Source: Gammaproteobacteria bacterium REDSEA-S15_B12
GTDB taxonomy: Bacteria; Pseudomonadota; Gammaproteobacteria; Arenicellales; UBA868
Assembly: GCA_001629395.1 (NCBI GenBank)
Contig: LUSG01000048.1
Span: forward strand, 1-51,591
Reading direction: 5' to 3'
DNA length: 51,591 bases
Shown in pieces: positions 10,959 to 21,304 of the stretch. Position 1 is the stretch's first letter; each line of letters starts with the position of its first letter. A program made the translations under genes and the position numbers. Below the pieces are notes generated by a model. The model had not been told where the DNA came from, did no database searches, and worked only from the letters and a program-made list of their open reading frames with translations.

Positions 10959-11558
10959 TTAAACGCCACGGATCTCCTTCTCCGGTTCACTTAAGCTCTT
11001 GGCAAACGACGGCCGTGCAAAAATTCGGTTACCGTAGTCTTCCAGTCGCTTTGCCTGTTTTGGCAGTTTCAAGTTAAACATCGGCAACCGCCAAAGCAAA
11101 GGACCCACACAACAGTCAACCAGGGTAAATTCTTCTCCAAGTACAAACTTTTTCCCTTCCAGCTGTACAGCCATCGCTGTTAGGCCATCACGGATCAAAT
11201 CAGTCGTTTTTTTGTCGAGCTTGGTACCCAAATCGATACTGCGCTGAACATTGCTGAGCCAGTCCCTGTGGATATCGGCTATCACCAGACGTGCCTTACC
11301 CCGACCCACAGGATCTATTGGCATCAGTGGCGGATGAGGAAGTCTTTCATCAAGGTACTCGTTGATCAGTGTCGGGCCATATAGGACGAGATCCCGATCC
11401 TGCAGTATCGGCGTTTCACCATAAGGGTTTAGCTCAGCCATGCGCTCTACCATCTCACCTGGCTTGACGTACACGGTTTCGTGTTCAATGGTTTTCTCGT
11501 GCAGCACGATGCGGCAGGCATGTCCATATATACAAAGTGGGCCAGAGTAAATTTTCAT
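10959..11558 (-). CDS. sspA: Stringent starvation protein A (GST-like)
   Basis: 199 aa with a GST fold. Positioned between petC and sspB as in Pseudomonas-type gammaproteobacteria. Confidence 0.9.
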   Translation of the reverse strand: MKIYSGPLCIYGHACRIVLHEKTIEHETVYVKPGEMVERMAELNPYGETPILQDRDLVLYGPTLINEYLDERLPHPPLMPIDPVGRGKARLVIADIHRDWLSNVQRSIDLGTKLDKKTTDLIRDGLTAMAVQLEGKKFVLGEEFTLVDCCVGPLLWRLPMFNLKLPKQAKRLEDYGNRIFARPSFAKSLSEPEKEIRGV

Positions 11559-11654
11559 CGCTAAATTAAGTTGTCCTGTTTATGGAGCCACGTACCGTAC
11601 CTGAAAATCCATATACCAAGCGACGAAAGGCCACAGCTCCAGCGGTAGAATCAG

Positions 11655-12389
11655 TCAATGTACGTCCCGCCAGTATTCCTTCTTCGTGGCATAGGTCAGA
11701 AATACCAATACGCCCATAAAGATCATCACCCAAACCCCGATCTTATAGCGCACGAGCTTGGCTGGTTCAGCCAGATAAACCATGAAATTAGTCAGATCTC
11801 GCATTGCCGCATCATATTCTTCGTTACTCATCTGGCCCGGTGCTTTCTCAACGTAACCGGCGAAGTGTTGAACACCATCGGCGGCTCCTTCAAACTTGGC
11901 CTCACGATATCCCTGCAAACGATATAGCACGTGCGGCATCGCCACATTCGGGAACAAAGTATTGTTCCAACCGGTAGGGCTAGACTGATCCCAGTAAAAA
12001 CTGCGCAGGTAGGTATAGATCCAGTTAGGGCCTTTCGATCGCGCAGTCAGACTGAGGTCCGGTGGAACCACACCAAACCATTTTTTTGCACCATCTTCTG
12101 ACATGGTTATAGTCATGGTGTCACCCGGCTTTTCAGTTGCAAGCATCAAGTTTTCCCGTAACAACTTTTCGTTTATTCCGAGATCGGACCCCATGCGCTC
12201 GTAACGCATGTAGGCAGCGCTATGACACGACAGACAGTAATTGACAAAGGTCTTCGCTCCTCTTTGTAGTGACGCTTTGTCCGCTAAATTTATGTCCACT
12301 GGATCCAGCCCTTCGTCGCCCCCGCCCGAAGCCATAGCCCACACCGGCAACAAAGACAGAACTGCTATTTTGATGAGATTCTTCATCAC
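11655..12389 (-). CDS. petC: Cytochrome c1 subunit of ubiquinol-cytochrome c reductase
   Basis: 244 aa. Signal peptide, heme motif 'CLSCHS' and a C-terminal TM anchor. 4-nt overlap with petB. Confidence 0.9.
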   Translation of the reverse strand: MMKNLIKIAVLSLLPVWAMASGGGDEGLDPVDINLADKASLQRGAKTFVNYCLSCHSAAYMRYERMGSDLGINEKLLRENLMLATEKPGDTMTITMSEDGAKKWFGVVPPDLSLTARSKGPNWIYTYLRSFYWDQSSPTGWNNTLFPNVAMPHVLYRLQGYREAKFEGAADGVQHFAGYVEKAPGQMSNEEYDAAMRDLTNFMVYLAEPAKLVRYKIGVWVMIFMGVLVFLTYATKKEYWRDVH

Positions 12390-13636
12390 CCTGTCAGCCT
12401 GTCTGGTTCTGGTTTTGTACGATCAAGTCGAGTGTAGATCGGCATAAGAAGAAAAAATGCAAAATAGATAACCAGGCCAATCTGTGCCCAGACTACATTC
12501 TTGAACCAGATCAGATCAACATGACCCGGATTTTTTGTCCCGAGATACCCCAGTATCACAAAAGTTACCGCAAACAACCCCAACATGGTCTTATACATCC
12601 AGCCACGGTAGCGAATCGACTTTACCTTTGATCGGTCGAGCCAGGGAAGAAAGAAGAAAAGTACGATGGCGACACCCATCGCCATAACACCCCAGAGTTT
12701 CGCGCCACCGGGTAGCCATTCGAAGGTCACCGCACGCAGAATGGAGTAGTAGGGAGTCAGGTACCACAACGGCACGATATCCGGAGGTGTCTGAAGAATG
12801 TTCGCGGGTTCAAAATTATCTTTTTCAAGAAACCAGCCACTTAGCTCTGGCGCGAAAAATACAATAGCGAGAAATACGGCCATAAAAACTGCAGCACCAA
12901 AAATGTCTTTCACCGTGTAGTAAGGATGGAATGGAATTCCGTCTAAGGGGACACCGTGATCATCCTTTTGTTTCTTGATCTCTACACCGTCTGGATTATT
13001 GGAACCGGTTTTATGGAGCGCAACGATGTGCAGGTAAACCAGCAAAGCCAAGAGCAATGGCAGAAGGATGACATGAAAGGCAAAAAACCTGTTTAGGGTG
13101 GCATCCGAGACCACGAAATCACCACGTATCCACTCGGCAAGGCCTTCACCGACCACAGGGATAGCACCAAAAAGCGAGATGATGACCTGCGCTCCCCAGT
13201 AGGACATATTCCCCCATGGCAACAAATAACCAAAAAACGCTTCTGCCATCAACGCGACATAAATGATCATGCCCAGGATCCAAATCAACTCGCGCGGACC
13301 TTTGTAGGAACCGTACAGCATTGCCCGGAACATGTGCAGGTATACGGCCAGAAATAACATCGAGGCACCAACCGAATGAAGGTAGCGAATGAACCAGCCC
13401 CCGGGTACATCGCGCATGATGTACTCGACCGATGCAAATGCCAGGCTGGAGTCCGGCTTGTAATGCATTGTCAGAACGATGCCGGTGACGATCTGCAGCA
13501 CCATGACCAGCAACAGCAGTGAGCCAAAGTAGTACCAGAAATTGAAATTTTTCGGAGTGTAGTACTTGGCGACGTGCTCCTCCCAGACCTTAGTGGCTGG
13601 AAAACGCTCGTCGATCCACTCCATAAATCTCGCCAT
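12386..13636 (-). CDS. petB: Cytochrome b subunit of ubiquinol-cytochrome c reductase
   Basis: 416 aa, polytopic. Typical cytochrome b sequence blocks ('YLHSVGASMLF', 'LPWGNMSYWGAQVI', 'PLWYLTPYY'). Confidence 0.95.
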   Translation of the reverse strand: MARFMEWIDERFPATKVWEEHVAKYYTPKNFNFWYYFGSLLLLVMVLQIVTGIVLTMHYKPDSSLAFASVEYIMRDVPGGWFIRYLHSVGASMLFLAVYLHMFRAMLYGSYKGPRELIWILGMIIYVALMAEAFFGYLLPWGNMSYWGAQVIISLFGAIPVVGEGLAEWIRGDFVVSDATLNRFFAFHVILLPLLLALLVYLHIVALHKTGSNNPDGVEIKKQKDDHGVPLDGIPFHPYYTVKDIFGAAVFMAVFLAIVFFAPELSGWFLEKDNFEPANILQTPPDIVPLWYLTPYYSILRAVTFEWLPGGAKLWGVMAMGVAIVLFFFLPWLDRSKVKSIRYRGWMYKTMLGLFAVTFVILGYLGTKNPGHVDLIWFKNVVWAQIGLVIYFAFFLLMPIYTRLDRTKPEPDRLTG

Positions 13637-14235
13637 CAGGCTGTCTCCTCCTGATCAACTCCGACAAGTATCCGATTCTCGGACAGAAAGCTATGGGGTG
13701 GTACGACCAGATTTGTCGGTGCTGGAACGTTTCGATAGACACGTCCTGCAAAATCAAAGGCCGAACCATGGCAGGGACAGAAAAACCCACCGACCCAGTC
13801 ATCACTGATGCCCGACGCGGCGCCGGTTTCGAATTTCTCGGTCGGCGCACATCCAAGGTGTGTGCAAACGCCTAGTACAACCAGGATTTCAGGCCTGATT
13901 GAGCGGTATTTGTTATGTGCATAGGTTGGCTGCTGGTCTAATACCATGGAATCAGGATCAGCCAAACGATCACGAATTTGCGCCAGATCATCGAGCATTT
14001 TCTGGGTCCGACGAATTATCCACACGGGTTTACCACGCCATTCCACAGCCAGCATACGTCCTTCTTTCAGCGTACTGATATCCACTTCGACAGGTGCACC
14101 GGCTGCCTTCGCGCGAGCACTGGGCGCCATGCTTGCAACGAATGGCACAGCCATAGCGCCGGCGCCGACCAAACCGACGCCTGAGGTTACTGTCGTCAGC
14201 ATACGCCGCCGACTGTTATCAACTTCTTGGGTCAT
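13636..14235 (-). CDS. petA: Ubiquinol-cytochrome c reductase Rieske iron-sulfur subunit
   Basis: Tat-like 'SRRRMLT'. Rieske boxes 'CTHLGC' and 'CPCHGS'. TGATG overlap with the petB start. The ORF start at 14286 is probably too far upstream. Confidence 0.93.
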   Translation of the reverse strand: MTQEVDNSRRRMLTTVTSGVGLVGAGAMAVPFVASMAPSARAKAAGAPVEVDISTLKEGRMLAVEWRGKPVWIIRRTQKMLDDLAQIRDRLADPDSMVLDQQPTYAHNKYRSIRPEILVVLGVCTHLGCAPTEKFETGAASGISDDWVGGFFCPCHGSAFDFAGRVYRNVPAPTNLVVPPHSFLSENRILVGVDQEETA

Positions 14236-14430
14236 AGGTTCCTCACACGGAAAATCGACAGAGCGACTGAAATGACAGAGCACCACACTCGCTGCGCCAC
14301 TGGCGGCGTACGAATCATGCCCCGAACGACGCCGGAGTATAACAAATTCAGTCTAAATGACGGGGCTCGGGTGACAACTCAATCGACTTAGCTGGTACTT
14401 GTAATAGATAGTAGGATACTGAACACAGCG

Positions 14431-16276
14431 TCAGGGATAGAGTCCCCAGTGCCGGAGAAACGCATCAATAGAAGGCTCGCGACCCCTGAAAGCCCTGAAA
14501 ACTTCCAATGGTTCTTCAACACCCCCCGTCTCCAAGATATGCTGCAGAAACGCCCGGCCCGTGGTGGCATTGAAAATCCCCTCTTGTTCGAATCGATTGT
14601 AGGCGTCAGCAGACAGCACTTCCGACCACAAATAACTGTAGTAACCGGCCGCATAGCCTCCAGCAAAAATATGGGAAAACGCATGGGGGAATCTGTCGAA
14701 AGGGGGCGGAATAACAACCGCGACCTGCTGACGGACATCATCCAGGAGACGCTGAATGGCGTCAGCCGAAATTGGTGCAGTACTCGCATGAAGTCGAAAA
14801 TCAAACAGAGCGAACTCCAGTTGACGAACCATTTGCATACCTGACTGAAAATTTCTCGCCCCGCGTAATTTCTGCAGCAGCGTGTCAGGCAATGACTCTC
14901 CCGTGTCCACATGGCTCGACACGAGATCCAGAGCACCTCTTTCCCAACACCAGTTTTCCAGAAACTGACTAGGCAGTTCCACAGCGTCCCACGGTACTCC
15001 ACTGATTCCAGTCACTGACGGTTCCTCCACCAAGCTGAGTCAGGTAAAAGTGGCCCCGGATCACACCACCTTCATCTTGAATCTCATAGAACTTCACATC
15101 CGGATGCCAAACATCTGTAACAGCTTCGGTCACCTTAATCCCGAACAATCTATTCACGATCTCAAACAGACCACTCAATACTTTGGGTAGCGGAAAGTAC
15201 GGACGCAGTTCTTCCTGATCGAAATGGTAGGTGGCCTGCCGCAACTTTTCTGAGTGATATGCGATATCCCACGGTGCTACAACATTGTCGACCGCTGACC
15301 GGCCGGCAAAGTCTTTCAATGCTTGCAGTTCACGCTGTGCGTGAGGCTGGGCCCGTGATATCAGATCGATGAGAAAACCCTCGACCTCAGCAACCGAAGA
15401 CGCCATACGATCGACCAGCGCATACTCGGCATAATTTGAATAACCAAGAAGCGCCGCCATCTCCTGGCGCAATCCAATTATCTGCGTCATGACTGCGGTA
15501 TTGTCCCAGCGATCGGCCTGGGGGCCGCGATCACTCGCCCGGGTTATAAAAGCCTCATACATCTGTCGCCTCAGATCCGAGCGTTCGGAATAGCGCATAA
15601 ACGGTATATACGATGGCGCCTGCAACGTAAATTGCCAGCCACCGGACCCAGCTGACTCTGCCGTCTTTCGGGCAAGCCTGATCACTGTTTCAGGCAGTCC
15701 CGCAAGATCAGCTGGCACATCAAGCACAAGCGTCCAGCCGTCTGTGGCATCCATGACATTGTGTTCAAACTTGTTCGACAAACTAGCAAGATCGGTGATG
15801 ATGTCCTTGAACCGTGCCCGCTCCTTGCCTTCAAGCTCCACACCGGAAAGTCGAAAATCACGAACCGCATTAAGTATGACCTTCCGTTTTGCCGCATCCA
15901 GACTGGAAAAGTCAGCGTGCTCTTGGATGTTGCGATAACCCTGAAAAATCGTTTTGTTCTGTCCCAGCTCCGCCCGGTAGGTCGTCAGTTTTTCGAGACT
16001 GTTCTGGTAGGCTTCTCTGAGATCTTCGGTATCGGCGACGGCATTGAGATGCGAAACGGGGGCCCACATTTTCCCTAACCGGTCTTCCAGCTCTTCGAGG
16101 GGTTGTGCAAAACTCTCCCAATCTGCATCGTCGGTCACTGTGTTTTCCAGCTGATCGATAACCGCTTGATTCAAAACAAGCAATTCATCAAGTGCCGGCC
16201 CGACATGTTGCGGACGAATTGCTCCAAAACGAGGCAACCCTTCGGTATCTAACAGCGGATTGTTATTGTTCATCAC
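14431..16276 (-). pseudogene. prlC: Oligopeptidase A (M3 family) pseudogene: an internal deletion removes the HExxH zinc site, plus a frame change
   Basis: The N-terminal ORF (16276->14969) is collinear with E. coli PrlC up to 'VIRGHFYL'. The C-terminal ORF (15033->14431, a different frame) resumes at 'VEEPSVTGISGVPWDAVELPSQFLENWCWE'. About 70 residues that should lie between them, including 'HEFGH', are absent from all frames. The junction is at about 15030-15043. Confidence 0.85.
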
Positions 16277-16418
16277 ACAGTCTCAGGCCAAACACACCAT
16301 TACACAGTCATGCCTCCAGCGAGTGTTTATACACGCCCTCATGTAAACTGACTTTACTCTATCATTCGGCACCCGGCTGTTGGTTTTCGATCATCTTGGG
16401 TAGCACACAGGACACAAC

Positions 16419-17771
16419 ATGACTGAACGATATGACTTTCTAGTCATCGGTGGTGGCAGCGGGGGAATTGCTGCGGCCCGCAGGGCTGCGGGACATGGCG
16501 CGCGGACAGCACTGGTCGAAGCTCACCGTCTCGGGGGCACTTGTGTCAATGTCGGCTGTGTGCCCAAAAAGGTGATGTGGAACACCGCGCATGTCGCCGA
16601 AGTCATCCGCCAAGCACCGGACTACGGGTTTTCGGTTACGAGCAATAACTTCGACTGGCCGACCATAACAAAAGCTCGGGATGGATACGTTCAGCGCCTC
16701 AATGAAATCTATAAGAAAAACCTCGATGCTTCGAGGGTCTCCCTGTACACCGGCTGGGCGTCGTTTCAGGAACCACATACCGTAGGAGTCGATAACCATG
16801 ACCTGCAGGCCGATCACATACTCATCGCAACAGGTGGACGTCCGACCATCCCGGATATACCGGGTGCCGAGCTGGGTATCACCAGTGACGGGTTTTTTGA
16901 ACTCGGGCATCAGCCACAGTCCACGCTGGTCGTCGGTGCCGGCTACATCGCTACCGAGTTGGCCGGCGTACTGAACAGCCTGGGAACTGAGGTGACCATG
17001 CTGCTGCGCAAGACGACCCTCCTGAAAGAGTTCGACGCAACCCTTGGCGATACCCTCATGAGCGAAATGGAGGCCGCGGGTATTAAAATACTGACCGGGG
17101 TTCGTCTGCAGGAAATTCGTACTGAGCCGGACGGCACACTCAGCATATTTCACGATGCTGATCAAACCACCACTGGGTTCGATTCAGTCTTGTGGGCAAT
17201 AGGACGAGAACCATTAACGGCTGATCTAAATCTCGATCACGCTGGTGTACGGGTTGACGCTGAGGGCTTCATTCCAACGGATAAGTATCAGTGTACCAAT
17301 GTAGACGGGGTCTACGCTGTGGGTGATGTCACCGGCAGACAAGCCCTAACCCCGGTCGCGATAGCTGCCGGTCGCCGACTGGCAGATCGTTTATTTGGCG
17401 GTCACGCTAATGCGTACCTTGACTACACAGATATCCCAACAGTGATCTTTTCACATCCTCCTATAGGCACCGTCGGACTGACCGAAGAACAGGCCAGAGC
17501 CCAACATGGTGAAGACAACGTCAAGATCTACCAGAGCCGATTCACTAACATGCAGTACGCAGTTAGCCAGCAGAAACCGGCGACAGTGGTGAAACTGATT
17601 GTCGTCGGCCCTGAAGAAAGGGTGGTTGGCTGCCACATGATTGGACAGGCCGCAGATGAAATCATTCAGGGGTTTGCGGTAGCCCTGAAAATGGGCGCAA
17701 CAAAAACCGATTTTGACAACACTGTCGCGATCCATCCTACTGCGGCTGAAGAACTGGTCACGCTGCGTTGA
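16419..17771 (+). CDS. gor: Glutathione-disulfide reductase
   Basis: 450 aa. FAD motif '[16 protein letters not shown]', redox-active disulfide '[13 protein letters not shown]', C-terminal '[12 protein letters not shown]'. Confidence 0.93.
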   Translation: MTERYDFLVIGGGSGGIAAARRAAGHGARTALVEAHRLGGTCVNVGCVPKKVMWNTAHVAEVIRQAPDYGFSVTSNNFDWPTITKARDGYVQRLNEIYKKNLDASRVSLYTGWASFQEPHTVGVDNHDLQADHILIATGGRPTIPDIPGAELGITSDGFFELGHQPQSTLVVGAGYIATELAGVLNSLGTEVTMLLRKTTLLKEFDATLGDTLMSEMEAAGIKILTGVRLQEIRTEPDGTLSIFHDADQTTTGFDSVLWAIGREPLTADLNLDHAGVRVDAEGFIPTDKYQCTNVDGVYAVGDVTGRQALTPVAIAAGRRLADRLFGGHANAYLDYTDIPTVIFSHPPIGTVGLTEEQARAQHGEDNVKIYQSRFTNMQYAVSQQKPATVVKLIVVGPEERVVGCHMIGQAADEIIQGFAVALKMGATKTDFDNTVAIHPTAAEELVTLR

Positions 17772-17859
17772 ATGTGGGTAATAATGCTACTGAGAAATTC
17801 CATTTCAAACCCTGTTCAGTACACTGTTGTTTGAACAAGAAGTAACAGGAGAAACTACG

Positions 17860-18642
17860 ATGGCATGGTGGGGCAAACTGATCGGCGGAACGCTGGGCTT
17901 CATGATGGGTGGGCCACTCGGCGCGCTACTCGGGACGACTCTGGGACACCAGTTTGATGCGAACAGGCGTGGCGCTGGTATGCGCGCCCTCCCCGGTGAC
18001 CAGGAACGAATCCAACTCGCTTTTTTCACGGCCACTTTCTCAGTTATGGGACATATCGCCAAGGCCGACGGCCAGGTCTCCCAACAAGAGATCCAGATGG
18101 CGAAAAGCCTGATGGACCAGATGCGTTTGGACAAACAACAGCGAAAAGCTGCAATTGATCTGTTCGATCAAGGTAAACGCTCCGACTTTCCCCTGAACGA
18201 TGTACTCCTTCAGTTCCGCCACGAATGTCAACGTCGCACCACCGTGCTGAGGATGTTTATTGAGATTCAGGTTCAGGCCGCCATGGCTGACGGTCGGCTC
18301 GATCCCCAAGAAAATTCGATTCTCCTTCATGCCGCGGACGCGCTGGGCTTTGATCAGTCGGAAGTTGAAAATCTGATCAATCTAATTAGCGGCACCGCGA
18401 GTCACGCCGGCCGTACGCCCGCTCGCTCAATAGATCAGGCTTACAAGATACTGGGAGCCTCAAAGAACGAATCCGATGCCGAGATCAAAAAATCCTATCG
18501 CCGTCTGATGAACCAACATCACCCCGATAAACTGGTCGCCAAGGGTGTTCCCGAAGAGATGGTCAAGCTGGCGACAGAAAAAACACAGGAGATCCGAAGC
18601 GCCTGGGAACAAGTACGAGATCATCGTAAAAAAGCAGCCTGA
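17860..18642 (+). CDS. djlA: Co-chaperone DjlA (TerB-like N-domain plus C-terminal J domain)
   Basis: ATG at 17860 lies behind 'AGGAG'. N-terminal TM segment 'WWGKLIGGTLGFMMGGPLGALLG'. C-terminal J domain 'AYKILGASKNESDAEIKKSYRRLMNQHHPDK'. Confidence 0.85.
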   Translation: MAWWGKLIGGTLGFMMGGPLGALLGTTLGHQFDANRRGAGMRALPGDQERIQLAFFTATFSVMGHIAKADGQVSQQEIQMAKSLMDQMRLDKQQRKAAIDLFDQGKRSDFPLNDVLLQFRHECQRRTTVLRMFIEIQVQAAMADGRLDPQENSILLHAADALGFDQSEVENLINLISGTASHAGRTPARSIDQAYKILGASKNESDAEIKKSYRRLMNQHHPDKLVAKGVPEEMVKLATEKTQEIRSAWEQVRDHRKKAA

Positions 18643-18697
18643 GCCCCAAGTCCTACTGATGTCCCAGTCACTGACAATTTGAGACCGAGGAGATTCC

Positions 18698-20044
18698 ATG
18701 AATCTGTCGTTTCTGTTGAGTGAGCGAGCCCGCACGGATCATCCCATCCGCGTTGCTCTCATAGGGTGCGGCAAATTCGCCACCATGTATCTCACGCAGG
18801 CCCGCCAAACAGCGGGAATCCATATTGTTGGTATTGCTGACCTCGACCCGGCAAGAGCAATGAAACAGCTCAAGACGGCTGGCTGGACAGCCGAGCAATA
18901 CGCAGCCCGCAACCCGACTGACGCTATGGCAAAGGGCTCAACCTGGCTCACGGAAGATGCTGACCAGCTAATTGACTTCAACGGGATCGATGTTGTCGTT
19001 GAGGCGACAGGCATCCCCACAGCGGGCATTCACCACTGCCGGCGGGCGATCAGTGCAGGGCATCATATTGTTATGGTCAATGTAGAAGCTGATGTAGTTG
19101 CCGGCCCCCTACTGGCCCGGGAAGCCCAAGCTGCGGGCGTGGTCTACAGCCTGGCGTGGGGTGATCAACCGGCTCTGATCTGTGAACATGTCGACTGGGC
19201 ACGGACCTGCGGCTTTGAAGTTGTTTGTGCGGGCAAGGGTACTCGTTATCATCCGTCCTACCATGAACTCACCCCTGATAGCGTGTGGGAGGTACTACAG
19301 CAGTACCTGGAAATTGATGACCCCTCCAGCATCAATATGAAAATGTTCAATTCGTTTCTCGATGGCAGTAAGTCAGGCATCGAGATGAGCGCTGTTTGCA
19401 ACACCACCGGACTGACCCCACAGCATAACGGCCTGGGCTTCCCGCCCAGTTCCCGATTCGATCTGGCAAACGTCTGCAAGCCTTCAGAAGATGGTGGCAT
19501 GCTCAGTCGGCGCGGCACCACCGAGGTGGTGTCATCCCTCACACGTAGCGGTGATCCGGTAGCACATCATCTTGCCATGGGCACCTACGTGGTGGTCGAA
19601 GGTGCTGGAGACTATGCGCAGCAGTGTTTTCGTGAATACCACATGCTCCAGGACTCGACTGGGCGCTACGCCGCCCTGTATCGACCCACCCACATGATCG
19701 GGATGGAACTTGGCGTCTCTGTCGCCTCGGTGGTGCTCCGGGGTGAACCCACCGGCTGCCCCAAAGGTTTCCATTCAGACGTAGTCGCAACAGCCAAACA
19801 CGCCTTAAGTGCGGGTCAAATTCTCGATGGTGAGGGGGGGCATTGCGTATGGGGTCAACAAATGCCCGCTGCAGACTCAATCGAACGGGGCGCTCTGCCG
19901 CTTGGGCTGGCAGCAGATATCAAGATGCGTTGTAATGTTGCTGCAGGTTCAACCCTGCGCTGGGCAGACGTAGAATTCGATGACAACGACACCGCCGTTC
20001 AGGCACGCCGGGAAATGGAAGTTGCATTTTCGGATCGTCTTTAG
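18698..20044 (+). CDS. NAD(P)-binding oxidoreductase with C-terminal SAF domain (COG4091, 'homoserine dehydrogenase-like')
   Basis: 448 aa. Rossmann N-terminus 'IRVALIGCGKFATMYL'. The overall layout matches the COG4091 family as I remember it. Substrate unknown. Confidence 0.6.
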   Translation: MNLSFLLSERARTDHPIRVALIGCGKFATMYLTQARQTAGIHIVGIADLDPARAMKQLKTAGWTAEQYAARNPTDAMAKGSTWLTEDADQLIDFNGIDVVVEATGIPTAGIHHCRRAISAGHHIVMVNVEADVVAGPLLAREAQAAGVVYSLAWGDQPALICEHVDWARTCGFEVVCAGKGTRYHPSYHELTPDSVWEVLQQYLEIDDPSSINMKMFNSFLDGSKSGIEMSAVCNTTGLTPQHNGLGFPPSSRFDLANVCKPSEDGGMLSRRGTTEVVSSLTRSGDPVAHHLAMGTYVVVEGAGDYAQQCFREYHMLQDSTGRYAALYRPTHMIGMELGVSVASVVLRGEPTGCPKGFHSDVVATAKHALSAGQILDGEGGHCVWGQQMPAADSIERGALPLGLAADIKMRCNVAAGSTLRWADVEFDDNDTAVQARREMEVAFSDRL

Positions 20045-20172
20045 AACGCCTTTGCCGGCGATTTTCATCTGAACTACACCGGCCATCGTTGTGAACCGGT
20101 CATGCTGCAACGTTACAATGCGCGCTAGTACGCCATTTCCGGTGTTTCTACAACAATCTGAATGAGGCACAC

Positions 20173-21282
20173 ATGTCTACTTACACTATTGCACTGCTGG
20201 CCGGTGACGGTATCGGACCTGAAATCATGGACGAAGCCGTCAAGATCCTGCGCCTTGTTGAATCCCGAAATACAGTCACTTTTGATCTGAAACCGGCTTT
20301 GTTTGGTGCATCGGCCTACTTTGAGACCGGCAAATCTTTTCCGGAAGAATCAGTAGCCATCTGTGATCAGGCTGATGCCATCCTTAAAGGGACCATCGGA
20401 CTGAACCACGAAGATTCAAAAACAATCCCGGTGGATGAACAACCTGAACGCGGCGCATTGTTACCCATGCGCCGACGCTATGATACTTACGCCAATTTTC
20501 GACCGGTATACCTACCGCGCAGCCTGGCCCATTTTTCCCCACTCAAGCCGGAAGTGATCGGTGATGGCATAGATTTGATCATTATTCGTGAACTGGTCGG
20601 TGGACTTTATTTTGGCAGCAAAGAGAGCGGAGTCGATGACCAGGGAAAACGCTATGTTCACGAAATGCTGGAATACAACGAAGACCAGATCCGCCGTGTC
20701 CTCGAGGTGGCGTTTCAGCTCGCCAGCAAACGCAAGAAAGTACTCCACAATATCCACAAGAGCAACGTGCTCAAATCCAGCGTCTTGTGGAATGAGATTG
20801 TGGAGGAAGTCCGTCCGAGCTATCCTGATATTGAGGTGAAACACGTTCTGGTCGATGCGGCCGCCACCTACCTGTGTCTCGATCCGGCCAGTTTCGATGT
20901 AATGGTGATGGAAAACATGTTTGGCGATATTCTCAGTGATCAGGGCGGCGGTATTCTCGGGTCGCTGGGGCTGATGCCATCGGCCTGTGTGGGACCTGAA
21001 AAGTCCTACTACGAACCCTCCCACGGATCGGCACCCGATATCGCCGGCCAGGGTATTGCCAACCCCTATTCAATGATTGGTTCTGTCGCCATGATGCTGG
21101 AAATGAGCTTTGGTATGGAGGGCGAGGCGCGCAATCTCTGGCGGGCTATGCAAAGCGTCTTTGCTGCAGGTTATACAACACCCGATTTGGCACGGCGAGG
21201 TAAATCCGAGGAAAAGATCAGTACCGCGGAGTTTGGTGACCGGGTGGTACTTGAACTCGAGAAACAACCCGTTAACAACTGA
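20173..21282 (+). CDS. 3-isopropylmalate dehydrogenase family enzyme (LeuB-like beta-decarboxylating dehydrogenase)
   Basis: 369 aa. 'IALLAGDGIGPEIM', 'RELVGGLYFG' (LeuB-type rather than tartrate dehydrogenase-type), 'HGSAPDIAGQGIANP'. Not adjacent to leuCD. Confidence 0.75.
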   Translation: MSTYTIALLAGDGIGPEIMDEAVKILRLVESRNTVTFDLKPALFGASAYFETGKSFPEESVAICDQADAILKGTIGLNHEDSKTIPVDEQPERGALLPMRRRYDTYANFRPVYLPRSLAHFSPLKPEVIGDGIDLIIIRELVGGLYFGSKESGVDDQGKRYVHEMLEYNEDQIRRVLEVAFQLASKRKKVLHNIHKSNVLKSSVLWNEIVEEVRPSYPDIEVKHVLVDAAATYLCLDPASFDVMVMENMFGDILSDQGGGILGSLGLMPSACVGPEKSYYEPSHGSAPDIAGQGIANPYSMIGSVAMMLEMSFGMEGEARNLWRAMQSVFAAGYTTPDLARRGKSEEKISTAEFGDRVVLELEKQPVNN

Positions 21283-21304
21283 TACCAGTGCCTGAGAAAC
21301 GCAC

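Noticed and set aside
14388-15002. 204-aa minus-strand ORF overlapping the 3' part of prlC in a third frame
   Set aside because: The PrlC-homologous C-terminus is in the 14431-15033 frame. This ORF is Cys/Trp/Arg-rich with no similarity to anything.
16440-17165. 241-aa minus-strand ORF inside gor; likewise 6387-6899 inside gltA, 961-1467 inside prfA and 20512-21024 inside the LeuB-like gene
   Set aside because: All lie antisense to full-length, motif-verified genes and show no coding features of their own.
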